Shown: piece after piece, positions 62,503-64,000 of the stretch
Layout: every line of letters starts with the position of its first letter
How positions within the stretch are numbered: position 1 is the first letter of the stretch
Source of the DNA: Antedon mediterranea
Taxonomy: Eukaryota; Animalia; Echinodermata
Direction: 5' to 3'
DNA: 64,000 nucleotides
NCBI RefSeq assembly: GCF_964355755.1
Contig: NC_092678.1
Coordinates: forward strand, 12,708,352 to 12,772,351
Translations under genes and position numbers: made by a program
The notes under the pieces: generated by a model
The model's input: only the letters and a program-made list of their open reading frames with translations
What the model was told of the DNA's origin: nothing
The model's database searches: none

Positions 62503-63610
62503 GATATGTTTAAATACTTGGTGCAAATGTCTCCCAAAAAATGTGATTATGCCCATATATGGAGACAATGATGTGATATCACTACCATATTTGGGCATAT
62601 CACTACCATATTTGTTTTCTTAATCTAGTTTGATAGTGTAGACAGAGCTTAAGATATCACTAGGTTGAAACAAGGGTCACTTTGGGGAATCCCCCTTGTT
62701 GCCAATGTAGAGTAGTGACTGCATGATTTCTGTACTCCATAGTGTGTGCTAAAACCTATTTCCTCATGAGCTATTAATAGTATACACCTCCTACTGAGGA
62801 GAATGCATACCATGTGTGAAATACTAGTACAGCCACTGCTACAGTTACATTAAATAAAGAACAATAAAACAGAAAGTAAATAGACTGTGGGCTACCGTAA
62901 CCCCCTCCCCCTCCCCCCTGGGGATTTTATGACCCATACATTTTTGGAAACCTCACACATATAGGTTTTCAAATCAGGTTGTCTGCACAGTGACATTGCG
63001 CAGTGGTGCGTATACCGATGAGGGCGCTTTTTCCAAAATGGCCGCCAAATTTAATAAAATATTATATATTGATAAAACAGTAATTTATATGCTAAAATTA
63101 ACTTGTTTTTTAATTGTTCTGTATGAAATAATGTGTGGTCAGGTCATGGTATATGTTTGTATTCCAAAAAGTCAATATAGAGGGCGCATTTCAAAATGGC
63201 CGCCGAAAATCATAAAACTTAACAAAATTGAAGTAATTACTAGAAATGATTATATAAACAATCAGAAAAATGTCAGAATGTCATTTTACCATTCAATAAT
63301 TTAACTGGTACTGACATTATTTGATTAAACTAATAAAATAATATTATTATTATTAAAATAATACAAAAACTTCTATCAAACAAATTAGTTGATGCGTGAC
63401 ATTCAACTTTAAACCAATCAGAACACAGATAGCAGTGTAGTAGTCTAGTTGATCAGTTGTATGAAACCAGTCTAGTCTATATAACATTGAACTAAATTAT
63501 TGAAGAAAATTGTGCTTTTTCAACAACAAAGTTAATTCATAGTAAGTATTACAAGCAATTTGCTCTCCTAGTACAGTACATGGTGCAAAATGTGGACTAG
63601 CCTAGGCCTA

Positions 63611-64000
63611 GGAGAATTTGGTAAAACTGCACAGTTCTGGCTTAACTATATGGATCGAGTTTGGCTTATCCTTCATTCAAAGACCAACTAAGGAAAACAA
63701 TTTTGATTTGCATTTAGCTAGCCTACAAAGAATGTGTAGTCTGTTTTTTAGCTACGACCACCAAAACTATGCTAGATATACAATGGTGTATTTCCTGTCT
63801 CTCCTAAACATATCAGAGACACATCCCGGAGCAGAGGAGCTTTTGCGACACAATGGTTTCAGTGTTAAACGATCACAAATTCCGATGTCGAGAAATGCTG
63901 TTGACATCACAATTGAACAAACTATCAACCGTCACGCAAAGTGCCATGGTGCAATCATAGGATTCAGCAGGAACTATTCGGCATATCATAGGTGGTGCAC
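63611..64000 (+). mobile_element. Frameshifted transposase-like ORF fragment running off the window end; terminal region probably starts ~62890
   Basis: GEFGKTAQFWLNYMD.. then, after a frameshift near 63680, TKENNFDLHLASLQRMCSLFFSYDHQNYARY...FSVKRS...AVDITIEQTINRHAK..G.IIGFSRN..AYHRWC. The motifs are typical of large invertebrate DNA-transposon-derived ORFs. Repeated CAAAATGGCCGCC motifs lie upstream (63034, 63192). Confidence 0.65.

Overview
AT-rich, intron-rich eukaryotic (animal) DNA. A Deu-domain-type SINE and the gene content point to an invertebrate deuterostome, possibly an echinoderm (inference). Most ORF-track entries are exon fragments or repeat artefacts. Manual splicing gives three multi-exon genes. 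(1) The 3' half of a plexin-like receptor on + (1-9267). (2) A secreted-type mosaic gene on - (10965-28656): two F5/8-C discoidin domains, beta-rich repeats, a C-type lectin, a Cys-rich module and an Asp-box module; its 5' part carries stops and a broken splice site. (3) A second plexin-like receptor on - (34520-61288, continuing beyond the last exon I could place). The two convergent plexins share near-identical membrane-proximal ectodomain exons, introns and a minisatellite, but have strongly diverged TM and cytoplasmic halves, both lacking conserved GAP arginines. Also present: a two-exon seryl-tRNA synthetase 3' fragment, a ~420 bp hammerhead-ribozyme retroelement (retrozyme/Penelope-like), a Helitron-like element with a promoter-like motif cluster, a Helentron/DINE-1-like element, a TIR element, a broken transposase-like ORF, LINE/SINE remnants and about ten minisatellites. 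All coordinates were read by eye and may be off by a few bases.
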